From Paramecium tetraurelia (Eukaryota), in contig CT868352.1 of assembly GCA_000165425.1 (NCBI GenBank), forward strand, positions 62,001-126,000: 64,000 bases of DNA, written 5' to 3'. The stretch's first letter is position 1. Each line of letters opens with the position of its first letter. The notes under the pieces were generated by a model. That model saw nothing but the letters and a program-made list of their open reading frames with translations, was not told the origin of the DNA and did no database searches. This document shows positions 43,473 to 60,473 of the stretch, one piece after another. The position numbers were made by a program, and so were the translations under genes.

Positions 43473-43818
43473 TCATATATCTTAATTTTCATTATAAGTA
43501 TCCTCGCAGATCAATTTGCACTGATTAAAATGAATTTCACAAATGCCTGTTCCGTTTTTACGACACTGTTCCAATACGATCCTACACTCATCAATACAAA
43601 TTATTTTTGGACATTCATCCAAACATCCATGAACCACACTACACATTAGGTTTTAAGTACTTCTAGCAATTTTTATGGCAATATGATGGATTACCAATAC
43701 TATCACATCCACTTGTGCAATCTAACCAATCCATAGTGCAATCCCGTTTGCATTCTTCGTATGTAATTTAACTTAACGCTATACAAAACATTATTGTAAC
43801 AAAGACTAGTGATTTCAT
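43473..43818 (-). CDS. Small secreted CX3C-repeat cysteine-rich protein (107 aa)
   Basis: MKSLVFVTIMFCIALS, then EECKRDCTMDWLDCTSGCDSIGNPSYCHKNCQN|VVHGCLDECPKIICIDECRIVLEQCRKNGTGICEIHFNQCKLICEDTYNENQDI*. One 22-nt intron. Confidence 0.8.
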
Positions 43819-43858
43819 TAATAATTATATTTAAAAATATTAATAAAATTCACTAAAT

Positions 43859-45453
<1,595 letters not shown>

Positions 45454-45476
45454 TATTAATTATATTTATGTATTTA

Positions 45477-46170
45477 TCAATTCTAATCTCGACTATATTT
45501 TTTGATGCTCTCTTCTAATTTACTTGAGCATCCACAATCTCCACCCCATCTTTCATGAACAATACTACAATTGAACAAAGTCTAATAATTTCAATAATTA
45601 TCTCACCTTATTTAATCTCTAATTAACTTCATTATGAAGCATGCACAAATATTACATGAAATCCACTCTCGAGTTCCCTTCGTATGGAAGGATTGTCGTC
45701 ATATTTAAAAAATGCCCTGCACACTCCTTACATGGATAAAATTAGCCACTAGGATTAAATGTATGAATACAAAAGATTTAAAAACACATTAATTTTGAAT
45801 GTGAATTCCTCATCAAAATCTACAGGCAAAGTTGCTGATATCATATGCAATAATGTCCATCCGTTTCTACCAAGTTCTTCTCTAGTAATACCACTGCTGA
45901 ATTTCTTTTCTAATATTGACAGTTTGGCAAAGCTATACTACCATTAATAATCTCGATCTCATCCTTATCTAAATTCTCAAGCTCCTCCTTATCTGGTTTC
46001 ACAACATCCCAAATTGATGGCACTTTATAATCCATCAAATCAACTGCTAATGGTTACTTATCCAACTTTATCTATTCAACTACTTTCTCATACTAATTAA
46101 ACGTGTTCACCATAAACAATGTCAGAAAGAAAAGCGATACTCCTATTAACACAATATAGTTTTTTTCCAT
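45477..46170 (-). CDS. ERV2: FAD-linked sulfhydryl oxidase, Erv2-type (N-terminal membrane anchor, C-terminal CGC)
   Basis: REELGRNGWTLLHMISA, FYPCKECAGHF, LCMLHNEVNQRLNK|TLFNCS..ERWGGDCGC. Three introns. Confidence 0.9.
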
Positions 46171-46353
46171 TTTTTATATATAATTTTAAATATTTTCTTA
46201 TTTAAACTCAAAATTTAATAGCCATGATCTCTCATTAATCCTGAGATGTTCACACATCTAAGAATATTATATTTGTAATCTATTTAACATTAGGAATTTC
46301 ATTATTTCTAATATATATTTATTAATATTTTATAATATTTAATATTATTTTGA

Positions 46354-48176
46354 ATGCTAGGTTGGAATAAGATTACTCAACTCACAAGTAAGGCTGGTGG
46401 AGCAGTATCTAAAGTCAAGGATTTCGCAAAAGATTTGATTACAGTTGATGCAGAGGAGAATGAAAATTAAACAAATAATGTTAATCAAGATTTTCAATCT
46501 GCATTTGCCTAATTATAAAAAGGATACGGTTTAGCCTAAAGTCCCAAAGAGAATTCAAAAAAAGCAAATGACTCGTCCTCCAGGAGTCCCATTGAGTCGA
46601 CTTCTCCAATTCAAATAGAGAAGAAAATTGAAATGCAGGAAATTAAAAGACCAGAAATTGATAATTCATCTTTGGCTGAAATCAAAGAATTTATTTAACA
46701 GACCTTTGCATCAATCTAATAAACAATTAATACTTCATTAAGTATTTCAGAAGAATTGTAAGAGAATTAAGAAGGATTTAATCCTGATACTTAAACAGAT
46801 TAGTAAGAGTAAACATAGGAACAACCAGAAATAAATAAATAAGATATTAATAATAATAGTCAAACTAATTTAGTTACTCTTAAAGATAAGCTAAATGAGA
46901 TCTTTAAGAATGCATCAAATCAGTTAGATATATTGATTCAATAAATTCAAAATAACTTTCAAGAGTCAATCAATAAGTTAAATGAACAACTCTCCATTGA
47001 GTAATAATCAATAGGAGATATTGGAGCATTGATCAATTAATTCTTTATTTCAATATCTCGCTAGAGTACTTTTTATGATAGATTTAACTAACTCAGATTG
47101 TAAAAAGGATAGTCCAAAGAGATTGTAAGTTTAATAGAAAAATCGCTTAGTAATACAGGGACTGAAATATTGCAATCGAAATAAGATTAGTAATAGAGTA
47201 AAAAAGAACAGCAATTAATAAATGATAATACGAATCTATAGAAGAAGATTGTGGAGATGCAAGAGAAGACTAATAATACAAATAACTAAATTAAGGATTT
47301 ATAGAATAGAATAAAAGAACTTGAGAAATATCAACAAGAATGGGATAAAATAAAAAGAGACTATGCTGAGGAAATAAAATAAAATTTTAATGAGTCAGAG
47401 AATCTTAAGACTAAGCTTAAATAAAAGGAGCAAGAGGTATTAAATTTAAATAGTATTTTCAGTTATCATAAAGTAATTAAGATTTGCAGAAAATGCAGGA
47501 TCTTAGAACACTCTTAGAGTAGAAATAGGAAGAAATTGATCGATTGGAAAAACTATTAGAAGAATGGTAACTTGAAAACTAATCACTCTAAAGCGGTATT
47601 CAGGCAGCCTAACTATAATTAGAAGCAGAAAAAGTATTGCTGTTGAATTTATATTTTTTAGGATTAGAAGGAGAAGATCATAAAGAAGTTCTAGGAGGAA
47701 TTTAAGAAACTAAGATCTGAGATTAGCAAAGAGGATATCAGCTAATTGAAGTTCTTAAAGGAAAATAATGAAAAATTGAAACTCAGCAATTCTTAATTGA
47801 AATTGTAAGTTGAGGAGTTGACAATAAAGCATGAATCTCTCTTACGATCACATGAGGATCTGAAATCAGAAGCTCAGGCTCTTCATAATAAAATTAGGTA
47901 AGATCAAAATTATGTTAATAATATGGTTGATAAAAGGGTTATAACAAATGTGTTGATATAATATTTTGATTTCAATTCTGATTTTAAGGTTAAAGTGTAA
48001 ATATTAGAGACTCTAGCTAGTCTATTGGATTTAACTAGGGATGAAAAAGAAAAAATAAGTAAATCCTATGCATTATGATAGACCCATATCGGAATAAGTA
48101 GAACTAGGCGTAAGGTCAATAATAGTCTTCTAGTTTTAGAGATAAATTTATTGGGTTCCTAAAACAAGGTGATTGA
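46354..48176 (+). CDS. GRAB-domain golgin, GMAP-210/Rud3-like
   Basis: Amphipathic N-terminus MLGWNKITQLTSKAGGAVSKVKDFAKDL, a coiled coil, C-terminal MVDKRVITNVLIQYF...QILETLASLLDLTRDEKEKI, and a GA1-like SFRDKFIGFL. Confidence 0.82.
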
Positions 48177-48197
48177 TTTATATTATTTTAATTAAAT

Positions 48198-49909
48198 ATG
48201 AGAGCTCTCCTATAATAAACAATGTAGCAAATTAGGTTAGACTAAGAATTGAAGAAACTTTTAGTTAATAGAACTGATTCTTAGGATATTTTGAAGAAGT
48301 ATGAAATTTGATTAATCTCGATAGATTATAATCGATTTTTGAATAAGCACTTGATGATCATACGGAATTGTATTGGAAGAAAGAACATGCACACACGAAA
48401 ACTCAATTAGAATGTTCTATTTAAGAATGTCTTTCATTAAGACATGATTTAAGAGAAATGGATGAAGATAGAACAGAAAAATAAAAAATAATCAAAGAAC
48501 AAAATAAATAAATAGATGAATTGTAAGTAGCCTTAGGAGATATAGAATAGAAATTAAATATTATGTAAGAGAACATTTTATTGCAAAAATAAGAATTGGC
48601 TGAGGAATTTGAACAAAATTTGAATTAAATATAAGATAGTTATAAATAAAAAGAATAGGAGTAATGTTAATTTTTATAATAAAAATTGTCAGAATTGGAA
48701 TAAGTAGTTAGTGATTAATAGGCAGCTTTAACAAAAGAAAGGGAAATACAATAGCATGTTGGTAAGGACTTTAAATAGACAAAAGCATAATTGAAAGCTG
48801 AATAAGAAGCAGCCGCTTAGTTAAGGTAATAGATGTAAAGCTTAAAAAAAAATAATGAAACATTGAATATTGATAAGCAGTGTTTGGAAAATAGAACTAA
48901 ATAGTTGAAATAATAAAATGAAACATAATACAAATAAATAAAGTCCTTAGAAACTAAATTAATAGATTCGAATGAAGAATTAGAAAGGTATAAGAAAAAG
49001 AATTAGTAGGACTAGGCTAATATAAAGACATAATAAAATGAACAGGAGAAGAATTATAAAAGGAAATTACGAAATTATAAATTGAAAGTTGATGAAATTA
49101 AGAATAAAATCAAAGTAAGTTTGCAAAAGATATTTTCAAGTCTGAAATTAGATATGGAATCATTTAAATTATAAATCTAGAAAGATTTATAATTAATTTC
49201 TATATAAACTTGCTAAATTGTATCGAAATAATTGAAATTAGATCACGAGTTCACGTAAAGAGATTTCTCGGATAAAATGGAATAAATTAGATATAATATG
49301 CAAGCTCATTTTAAAAATACGTTAGAAAAACAAATTTAAGAATTTGAAACTAGAGAATCCCAAATGAAAAATGAATATGAATTAATAATCAAGAATTTAA
49401 AATAGTAAATTTAAGGTCTTGAAGATGTCTAAAAAGATTTAGAGCGAGAAATTTAGTTCAAATAATCAAAGAACGAAGAAAATTAATAGAATTTACAGGA
49501 AAAGGTAGAATTATTGACTGAATAATAAAGACAACTTTAAGAATTATCTGAATAAGCTAAGGATCAATTGAATTTATTATTGGAATAGGAAGATTAGATT
49601 AAATAACTGAAAGAATAAAATGAAAAGTATTAACGTAAAACAATGTAGTATGAGGAATATGTAAGTAAATAAGCAATTTAATATTAAACTTAAAAGGCGG
49701 AGGAAAAAATGTATAAAAAGTAATTTGAAGATGTAACTGAATCAAATTAGCATTTAAGAAAATAAATCAAAATTTTACAGGAACAATAATAAAGTGATTA
49801 ATTTGCAATAAATAAACTAAAAACCTAAGTATCTTCAGCAAAACTAAGTACTGTTAAGGATGCTGAGGAAAGACACTTAATAAGACTACAAAATATAAGA
49901 AAAATCTGA
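48198..49909 (+). CDS. Long coiled-coil protein
   Basis: MRALLQQTMQ..., one intron, continuous E/Q/K heptads ending LQNIRKI*. Confidence 0.75.
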
Positions 49910-49933
49910 TAATATATATAAATATAATTTTTT

Positions 49934-51219
49934 TCAATGTGTCAATTTGAATGCATTTGCCTAAAGAGATTGTTGGTTGAGCTCATCTAGTTTAATCATT
50001 TATTTAACTTTTTTTGGAAGAGTAGTCTTTTTAGTGAGTTGTTTTTTTAAATCAACAGTTTAAGAATATAAATTATCTAGATGAATTTCATAAGTAGATT
50101 ACAATGAAGAAGTATGAGATTCATTGTCCAAGTCTTCATGAATTTTTTACTCTGTTTTATGATATCTCTTTTTGAGTCTTTGGTTTCCAAGTTTAGAAGC
50201 AATAATCTCATGGGACGGAATAGCTTCTTCATCCATTTCAGTGAAATGATTTCTAAGAATAATGGGTTTTGGTTTATTGTGAAGATAATCATAGAGTTCT
50301 AGATCTTTGGATGTCAATACGTCCTTATTGTACAATTGAAATTTGGAATTGGATTATTTTGTAATTTGCATTTTAGTAAGCTTGTTTAATTCTTGTTACT
50401 TAAGATATTGTTGTCTTGAGGCTTCATCCATATATTTTTTTGTTGATTCAGTTAAATTGTTTTTTAAAAAGATTTTGGAAATCGCAGGAATCTCCTTTGC
50501 ACTTTTGATAACTTTGAATAGATATGAATAATACTTGGTTTCAAATCATCATAACTGACTGTCATGGTCTTTAATGATTTAATAGAGGGAATCTTTTTAG
50601 TAAAAGGATCTTTAATTTAAGTTAATTTATCCTCAATGCCTTCTGAAGCATCCACAATAGTTTTAAACAATCCAACGTTTTATAGATTTTATCTTCTTTG
50701 AGTTTCATTATCTTTTTTCTTTTGCATCATTCTTGTGTGAATTAAATTGTTTAGTCCATGCAATTTGGATTTTAAATAGACACTCCTATCATCTTAAGTG
50801 TTTCTAACTTATTTGTGTTTAAACTTATTCTTAAATCTCACCAGAGGTCCCAAAATACTTATTCCCTTTGAATCAGCATGATCTTCCATCAATTGTTATC
50901 GTAATCTAGGATAGTTGGATAATTGCAGTAATTCTATGCTCGTTATTTTACCATCAAGGAACAATTCAAAAGAATCCTTAAACAGCATATTATTATTGTG
51001 AGTCTGCTGAGCTAGATTCCCTTTAGAGGATCTTTAACTTTGGCTGCTTCTGACTGAATCAATAATTGGATTGAATTTATTCTGCTTTGGTTTTCCAGTG
51101 GAAATCAAGTTTTTCAACTACGGAATTTTTTTTCTATGAGTGGTGATATTGCCACTATATTCTTTGATTTCATCAGTCTCTGTTCTAAGATAAGAAGAAA
51201 TAGTGAATGATTCATTCAT
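49934..51219 (-). CDS. Hypothetical basic protein
   Basis: Open code-6 frame MNESFTISSYLRTETDE...QANAFKLTH*. Confidence 0.7.
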
Positions 51220-51233
51220 TATTTTAATTAAAT

Positions 51234-54032
51234 ATGCGTCTAAGGGCGATATCTGAGAATAAAAAGCCGGCTGGAATGAGAAATATGGGAAGAGATCTAT
51301 CAACTATGAAAGAAATGATCGCCTTTTGGGGAAAGAAAGATGAGCCAGTTAAATTGCCTCCTATAAATATAATAGAAAGATCAGACTTCTATGAACATAA
51401 ACCCTATGAAATCAAGTTCAAAATCTACTAGAATTGCTTTGCTTACAACAATCTGATACATAAAGAATTTGAGCTCCTGTACATCACTTCTCCAGATCAA
51501 ATGAATGATTCCTTTATAGAAATTGAGTATAAAATGTTTGTGTCTGATTGTTACTTTGGCAGACCCACATTTACAAACACTGAGTTCAGCACTTAAATAC
51601 AATATTATGTTGGCTAAATTGATAAAACAAGTAATCTATACTTTATATCAAGTTAGTTGCATGTATCAAATTGAGAACATGCCTGAACATCTATTGAGTT
51701 CTTCAAAAAGTATTCGATCCATGTTTTATCATTACTATTTTAGTTCCAAACATGATGGTTTACCCTTCATTCAAGTGCTCAAAACTCCAATAGTATTTAG
51801 AGAGAAAAAAACCCTGAGATTTAGAACAATGAACACTTCAATATCAGAATAATCATAAAATGGACTATTAACTTTAGTGTACATAACAGAGTAGTATGTA
51901 CCTCTCTAAAATATATATTTGAAAAAATAGGAAAAGGGTAGATTTTCATATGATGAAAAATTACATTTTGCACTTAAAATTATGTAACTCGTTAATGCAA
52001 TTGAGAGATTGGGAATAGCAGTTCTAGAATTAAATATGGAATCAATATTAATAACTAAGGGAGGGTAATTTAAGATTTCAACAGCAAATCTAATTCCCTT
52101 TATTTAAGTTGCAGCTTATAAAGAAGTATGGTCAATGTATGATGACTATGAAAAAGTTTATACTCATTTATCATTACACAAAACCATTAAACCACCCGAA
52201 GTAAAGAGAAGAGAACCCATTAAAGATTTTAGAGCAGTGACAAGATACAATATTGGACTAATCATTCTATAACTCTATTTTGATATCCCAAACATTCAAT
52301 ACATAGATGAATAAAAGATGTAAAGTTTGTTATTTCAACTCATTCCAAAAAGACAATCTGGAATAGATGACGATTAAATTGATAAATCTAATAAGTCCAT
52401 TCAATTTGAATAAACCAATCCTTTAGGTGCTCTGATTTTGAGATTCCTATCTATAGATCCTGTTAAAAGATTAGAATTTTCATTAATTCAATTAATGCAA
52501 GTAGAGTACGATATAGAGAATTATGATTTTACTGAAGATATGCAACATTTCTTTTCAAATTATAATGCTTATTACAGACCACCATCATAATCGAGCCATA
52601 AAAGCAAACAATCAAATCATTTTGATTAATAAAATAGTTTTGTATCTGGAGATAATAATAATATATCATCTTTTGTAAAATAACTATATTAACCTACAAA
52701 TAATAGTCAGGATGATATGCCTGCAATAGCATTAAAAATGCCTGAATTAACACAAAGGAGCAGGAAGAAGATAGGAGCACCTTCATATCAATCATATGTC
52801 AGATCTAAAAATTTAATTGCAGAAGTCCATTTCAACCTTTATCTATATCAAAATGCTCTTGATTAATGGTAGTATTTACTACCGGATGTAGAAGAGTGTT
52901 TTGGTGATACATCTCCTGAATGCGAATATATCCTTGAGAGAATTTGGGTGTTGGCTTAACATCTTGCATAGGAAAGGGTATTGGAGTAGATTAGTTAAAG
53001 ATACGTAACAATAAGAAAGTCAAATGTGAGGGGAGTTAAAGAATAATTGGAAGTTGCTCATCTCCTCTAGGATTAAGCCAGAGTCAAGGCTCTTATACGA
53101 CCTAATGAGGCTGTGGATCTATATCATCAATCTTCAAAGTAATTTTAGATGGTTAAAGGTAAGTTTAATAATTAATCTGCTTACAATTCCATGTAAATTG
53201 GGTTGATTTATTTAAAATTAATGAACATCGAAAAAGCTAGGAGTAATCTAGAATTTGCTGTCTACATCTTTACTAAAATGGAAAAGTCGTCTATTGTTCC
53301 ATTTTTGATAGCCACAACATGGCAAATTGATGATGAAGAGGTTGTCAAAGAACCAGTTAATAAAATTAAATTTTTTCAATCTCTTTTTCATTTGGGTTCA
53401 TTTTATTTCAACTTTGAAAGTTAATAGAAAGCTTATGGAGTTCTTTAAGCAGCAAAGGACGTAATGGATGAATTAAAAAAAGGTGAGCTTTATCCTGAGT
53501 AATTAATTTTAATTCTACTTTAGATTATTAAGATTGTGTAAATCTGAAGTAATTACGTTGCACACTGAACTTTCAAAATGTCTAATGAGTAACAATGAAG
53601 TTGATGATGCACTTAAATTGGTCGAGGAAGGAATACAATAAAACACAGATCAACTTGAGATAAAATCATTGATTGATATCAAAGTGGAAATATTGGTAGC
53701 TCAGGGGAAAATATCAGATGGACTAGCTAGTAATATATAAATTAAATATTTAAGTACTTGGATTATGGGCTAGGTAATTTTAGAGATCCAATAATTTGAC
53801 TATGGAAACTGCCTATCTTCTCAAAGAAGTGGGGGATTTAGCTTACAAACTTAAAGATGTATAATTGAAATGTTATTTTTAGTTTAATGTTGCCTTTAGT
53901 TTCTATTCCGAAGCCTTAGCTATTTATTAAAAAGGAAAGGTAAAAGGTTTAAAACAAAAAAATGAAATATAACAATACATCTAGGATATCGAAGAGAATC
54001 TTTAACAAATTTTCTAAATTTAAAAAATGTGA
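51234..54032 (+). CDS. Pseudokinase + TPR-like helical repeat protein
   Basis: Kinase-like C-lobe GIAVLELNMESILITKGGQFKIST..IKPPEV..YNIGLIILQL..FLSIDPVKR, lacking HRD and DFG. C-terminal TPR-like helices (LFHLGSFYF..KAYGVL; LKEVGDLAY..AFSFYSEALAIY). Confidence 0.7.
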
Positions 54033-54204
54033 TATGTCATTATTCTATATAATGATATTTAATTGCAAAAAGATAAATTTATAAATATATATTCATTTTA
54101 AATAGAATTAGTATTGCAATATTGATAATAATTTAATCAATATTTATTAAAAAATGTAAGGATTAATCTTTGGAAAATAAAGATTGATATAAAATACAAT
54201 AATT

Positions 54205-56540
<2,336 letters not shown>

Positions 56541-56582
56541 TTATTTTTATTATTGATCACAATTTGTGGGAATTTGATAAAA

Positions 56583-56592
56583 TGGGCGCCAA
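56583..56592 (-). promoter_or_regulatory. E2F-like element (TTGGCGCCCA) upstream of MCM7
   Basis: GGCGCC palindrome about 45 nt before the MCM7 ATG in otherwise very AT-rich DNA. A second site, TTTTGCGC, lies at 56627-56634. Confidence 0.55.
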
Positions 56593-56934
56593 TTAATATT
56601 ATATATTTATAATTAATAAAAATTACTTTTGCGCTTTTACTCCCCTTTAAAATTATCTCAATATCAATAACAACAGATTATTTATTAGAAACACACACTA
56701 TAAATATTCATTCTTAAGAATCTTAGATACATAACAAATTTTGCTATTGTAAAACATGATTCAAAATTTCTGATGAGATCAATTTACAATTCTTAAAAAT
56801 AAGAAGTATTTGTAAATTCACATATAAAAAGGGACTCACTACAAATATGAACTCCAAATAAGTGCACTCATCAAGACTATTTACAATATTGTCAAATAAT
56901 ATTATATATATATATATAAATAAAATTAATCAAT

Positions 56935-58321
56935 ATGGTGAGTGCTTTTTCAATAGGTAAAGCGTAACGATGTATTTATCATGTATAAATCAATCAGCCA
57001 CTCAACCCAGAAGTGAAACACCTGGCCCAGGAGCTTACTAACCAATGAAGAGATAGAAGATGACCCCTCCATCTTTCAAGTAAATTTTGCCTGTTAAAGT
57101 AGATTTGGATCTGGTAATAGAAGTGGCCTTCTAAAAGTATTTGCCCCAGGACCTGGTGCGTATGAACATCCTTCAAGAGTAACCAAGGAAGGACCTAAGT
57201 ATTCCTTTGGTCTTAAGAAACCAACAGTATTAGCAAAATAAGGACCTGGACCAGGTAAATATACAGCATTCATTTTACCAGGAGCTTACAATCCTAATTA
57301 CCGAACCATGGTGAAGGCTCTTCCCAATTATTCAATCGGTGCGAAACTATCATAAAACTACTCTACATTTTAACCTGGACCAGGAGCTTATGAAAATCCT
57401 TCTACAGTCATGGGAGTTCCTTGCATGAAGTAAGGGTATAGTTTTGAGTTTAAGATTCCCCCATTCTAAGCGAGATGGATTTTATGAGATGACTCGTACT
57501 CCAGGACCTGGATCATACTTAAAGAGACCAAACAGTGCTGGTCCTTAATATAAATTCGGAACAGCATCCAGGGGAGCTTTTTCAGAAATAAAGAACCCTG
57601 GTCCAGGAGAATATGAAGCGAGAAGCGAGTTTAATGTTTCACAAAAGGGATTTTCGATGCTTTCAAGAAGAAATTAAACTCAGTAAGAATAAGTGCCAGG
57701 ACCTGGAACCTATAATTGGGAAAAGAAATAAAAATTGAGACCTCCTTCATATAAAATTGGAAATGAGACCAGAGACAGCTTGAATCGAGAGATGATAAGG
57801 ACTCCAGGACCAGGAACCTATGAATCCAGATATGAGTTTGCAAGGCCTAAATCAGCTTAAGTTCGTATAGGCAGTGCCAATCGTAGGCCATTGAGTGATA
57901 CAAGGGATATTCCAGGGCCAGGAACCTATGATTTGAATACTAAAATAGGAGAGGGACCCAAACATTAGATTTTAGGCAGTAAATATGAACCTACGACTAC
58001 CTTAAATCAGCCAGGGCCAGGTGCATATAATCCAAATGATGGGCCAAGCAAACAACGACCAGCTTCAGCAAAGATTGGTACTGGTTAAAGGGCTGAACTG
58101 AATGCTGGTTTTGGGAAGGATGCTCCAGGTTTAGATTGTGTTTTATAAGATTAGGACCTGGTAATTATAATTTGAGAGGTTCATCAGATGGGCCTAGATG
58201 GGGATTCGGAACAGGATTAAGACCAAATCTAAATTAAACAGATTAGAGTGTTCCAGGTCCAGGAAATTATAATCTCAAGCCAACTTTTGCAGATGTGCCA
58301 TCATATCTATTGAATAAATGA
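56935..58321 (+). CDS. ODF3/SHIPPO-1-like PGP-repeat axonemal protein
   Basis: About 12 PGPG(A/S/T/E/N)Y repeats spaced ~35 aa with P.(F/Y).(F/I)G linkers. Five tiny introns. Confidence 0.92.
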
Positions 58322-58436
58322 ATATATATGAATTATAAGATGTAAAATCGGTTGGTTTTTATATAATTCTATTTTTAAAATTGGGATTGTCGTTTTTATA
58401 TATTAAATAATTTGAGCAATTATTATTGCAATAGGG

Positions 58437-58446
58437 AAAAACGAAT
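58437..58446 (+). promoter_or_regulatory. AAAAACGAAT motif upstream of a TMP gene, with an inverted copy CGTTTTT at 58391-58397
   Basis: 52 nt before the ATG at 58499. Confidence 0.55.
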
Positions 58447-58498
58447 AGTGGAATATGAAAAGTGAATGTAGTTTTGATTGTGCAACATTAATTTAATT

Positions 58499-59569
58499 AT
58501 GAAATTGATTCTCATCGCTCTTTTGGGATTAACACTCACACAAGCTGTCTTTGTCAAGAGATCAAACGATCCAAGCAAGGCTGTCTTCACACAATTGGAA
58601 GCCATGGAAGAACACGAATTGGGAAGAAAATTGTTAGACACAATTGCCCTCCAATTGAACAACAAGGCCCCATTGGGAGACATCGCTAAAATGTTACAAT
58701 AATTGAGAGAAAACCTCATCCTCAACCAATAAGAAGCTGACTAAAAGCACGCTTAAGATGAAGTTGACTGCGAAACAGAAATCTACTAATATAACAGAAG
58801 AATTGACTTCGCTTCCAACGAAATCACCGAATCAACCTAAGAAATCTAAACCCTCAGTGCCAAGGTTGAATAATTGACCTAAGATGTTGAAAACAAATAA
58901 GTCCAATTAGACATCTTGAACGAATAAGAAACCCAAATCAGAGAATAAAGAGCTGAAGATGCTGAAAGTTTCGTCAGATTCGAGAATGAAACCGAAAACG
59001 TCATTGAGGCTGTTGAAGTCATCATCTAAAAGTTGAGCTCAATCCAACCAGATTAAGAAGTCTTGGCTGCCTTGACCTAATTGAACAAGATTGGTGCATC
59101 CAACCCAATCCTTGCTCTTATGTAAGTTGCCTCAACCTTCTCAGCTGAATAATTGAACAACGTCCTCGGAAAATTAGGTGAAGTCAGCACTCAATTGGCT
59201 GAAGCCCTTGAAGATGCCAGATAAACCGAAATCTAAGCCTAATTAGACTTCGAAGCTTTGGTCGTCGAAATCGCCTCATAAAGAGAATCCTTGAGTGCCG
59301 CCAGAGAAGACTCTGAAAGATAACTCCAAGACAACTAATAAGCTTTGGACTTATAAAAGAAGAGAAAGGAAGATGCCACCGATGAATTGAACGCTGCCTC
59401 ATCAGGAAAGGAATAAAAGGAAGCCGAATGCGATTCATGGAGAACTTAATATGCTGAAGACTCTGAACACAGATAATTAGAAATCTCCATCATCAGATAA
59501 GTTGAAGAGATCTTAGCTACCAAATTATCCAACGTCAAGGTTTATCTCTAAGAGAGATCATCAGCATGA
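58499..59569 (+). CDS. Trichocyst matrix protein precursor (intronless, 356 aa)
   Basis: MKLILIALLGLTLTQAVFVKR..LGRKLLDTIALQLNNKAPLGDIAKMLQQL..DEVDCETEI..EAECDSWRTQY..QVEEILATKL. Strong high-expression codon bias. Confidence 0.9.
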
Positions 59570-59651
59570 TATAAATTTAATTCTTAAAACAATATATAAA
59601 TCAACCCTCATTTTAATTCTTCAAATTTTATTTTATAATTATTTACTATTT

Positions 59652-60376
59652 ATGTTTTTAGATAATGAAAACATGAGCATGCGGCTCAAAATAGTTGAAG
59701 ATCGATTAGGATTTATAGAAAACTTAACTCAATTGCAAGACAAGCGCATAAATGAATTGATTAAATAATTAGACCATGTCATTCACTAATTTCAAGATTT
59801 GAATTTGGATCGTTGCAGAAATGATGAAGGCTTAACATTCAAATTCGAACGCTTTGAAAAGACACTCCTAATGTTGCAAAGAGAAATGAATCAGATAGGT
59901 ATTCTATTTATTACTAACTTAAAGCTACACATCAGGATGAAAGAATTAATTAATTGATCAATTAATTAGTTGAACCTAGCTTTAAGGATATCGATATCTA
60001 AATTAAGTAGGAGTCTCAAAGATTGTAATTGCAATGTCAAAGGTAGTTAGATGACATGTACGAGGAGATCATTAATAAATTTAAGACACCCATGTAAAGT
60101 AGTGTTGCCCAAGGAGGAAGAGCAAGCATATTTGAATCAACTACTCAAGATGATACTAAGAAAAAAATTGATGATGAAATTAATAGAAGAATTTAAGAAG
60201 AAAACGAGAAGAGAAGGTCTTTTTTGGAAAGTGAAACTAAATAACAGAAAAATGGATAATTGTCAACTGAAAAATCAAGATCACGAGAAATTTAAAATCG
60301 TTTAAATCTAGAAAGAAAAGCAAAGTAAGACAAAATAAATCAACTAAACGAATTATACCAATTTAGAAAGCATTGA
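59652..60376 (+). CDS. Coiled-coil hypothetical protein
   Basis: MFLDNENMSMRLKIVEDRL...ELYQFRKH*. One intron. Confidence 0.7.
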
Positions 60377-60473
60377 AAACAAACTATAAATATCCATATA
60401 ATACTTATTACCAAGTTATAATCTTAACATTTCTATAAACAAGTAATAAATCTTTTCTAAAGACTTGAAGATT

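Noticed and set aside
57020..58270. Regularly spaced CCAGGACCTGG-like repeats resembling a CRISPR or other DNA repeat array
   Set aside because: They encode PGPGxY peptide repeats of an ODF3-like protein, vary at synonymous positions and are interrupted by spliceosomal introns. The host is a eukaryote and no cas genes are present.
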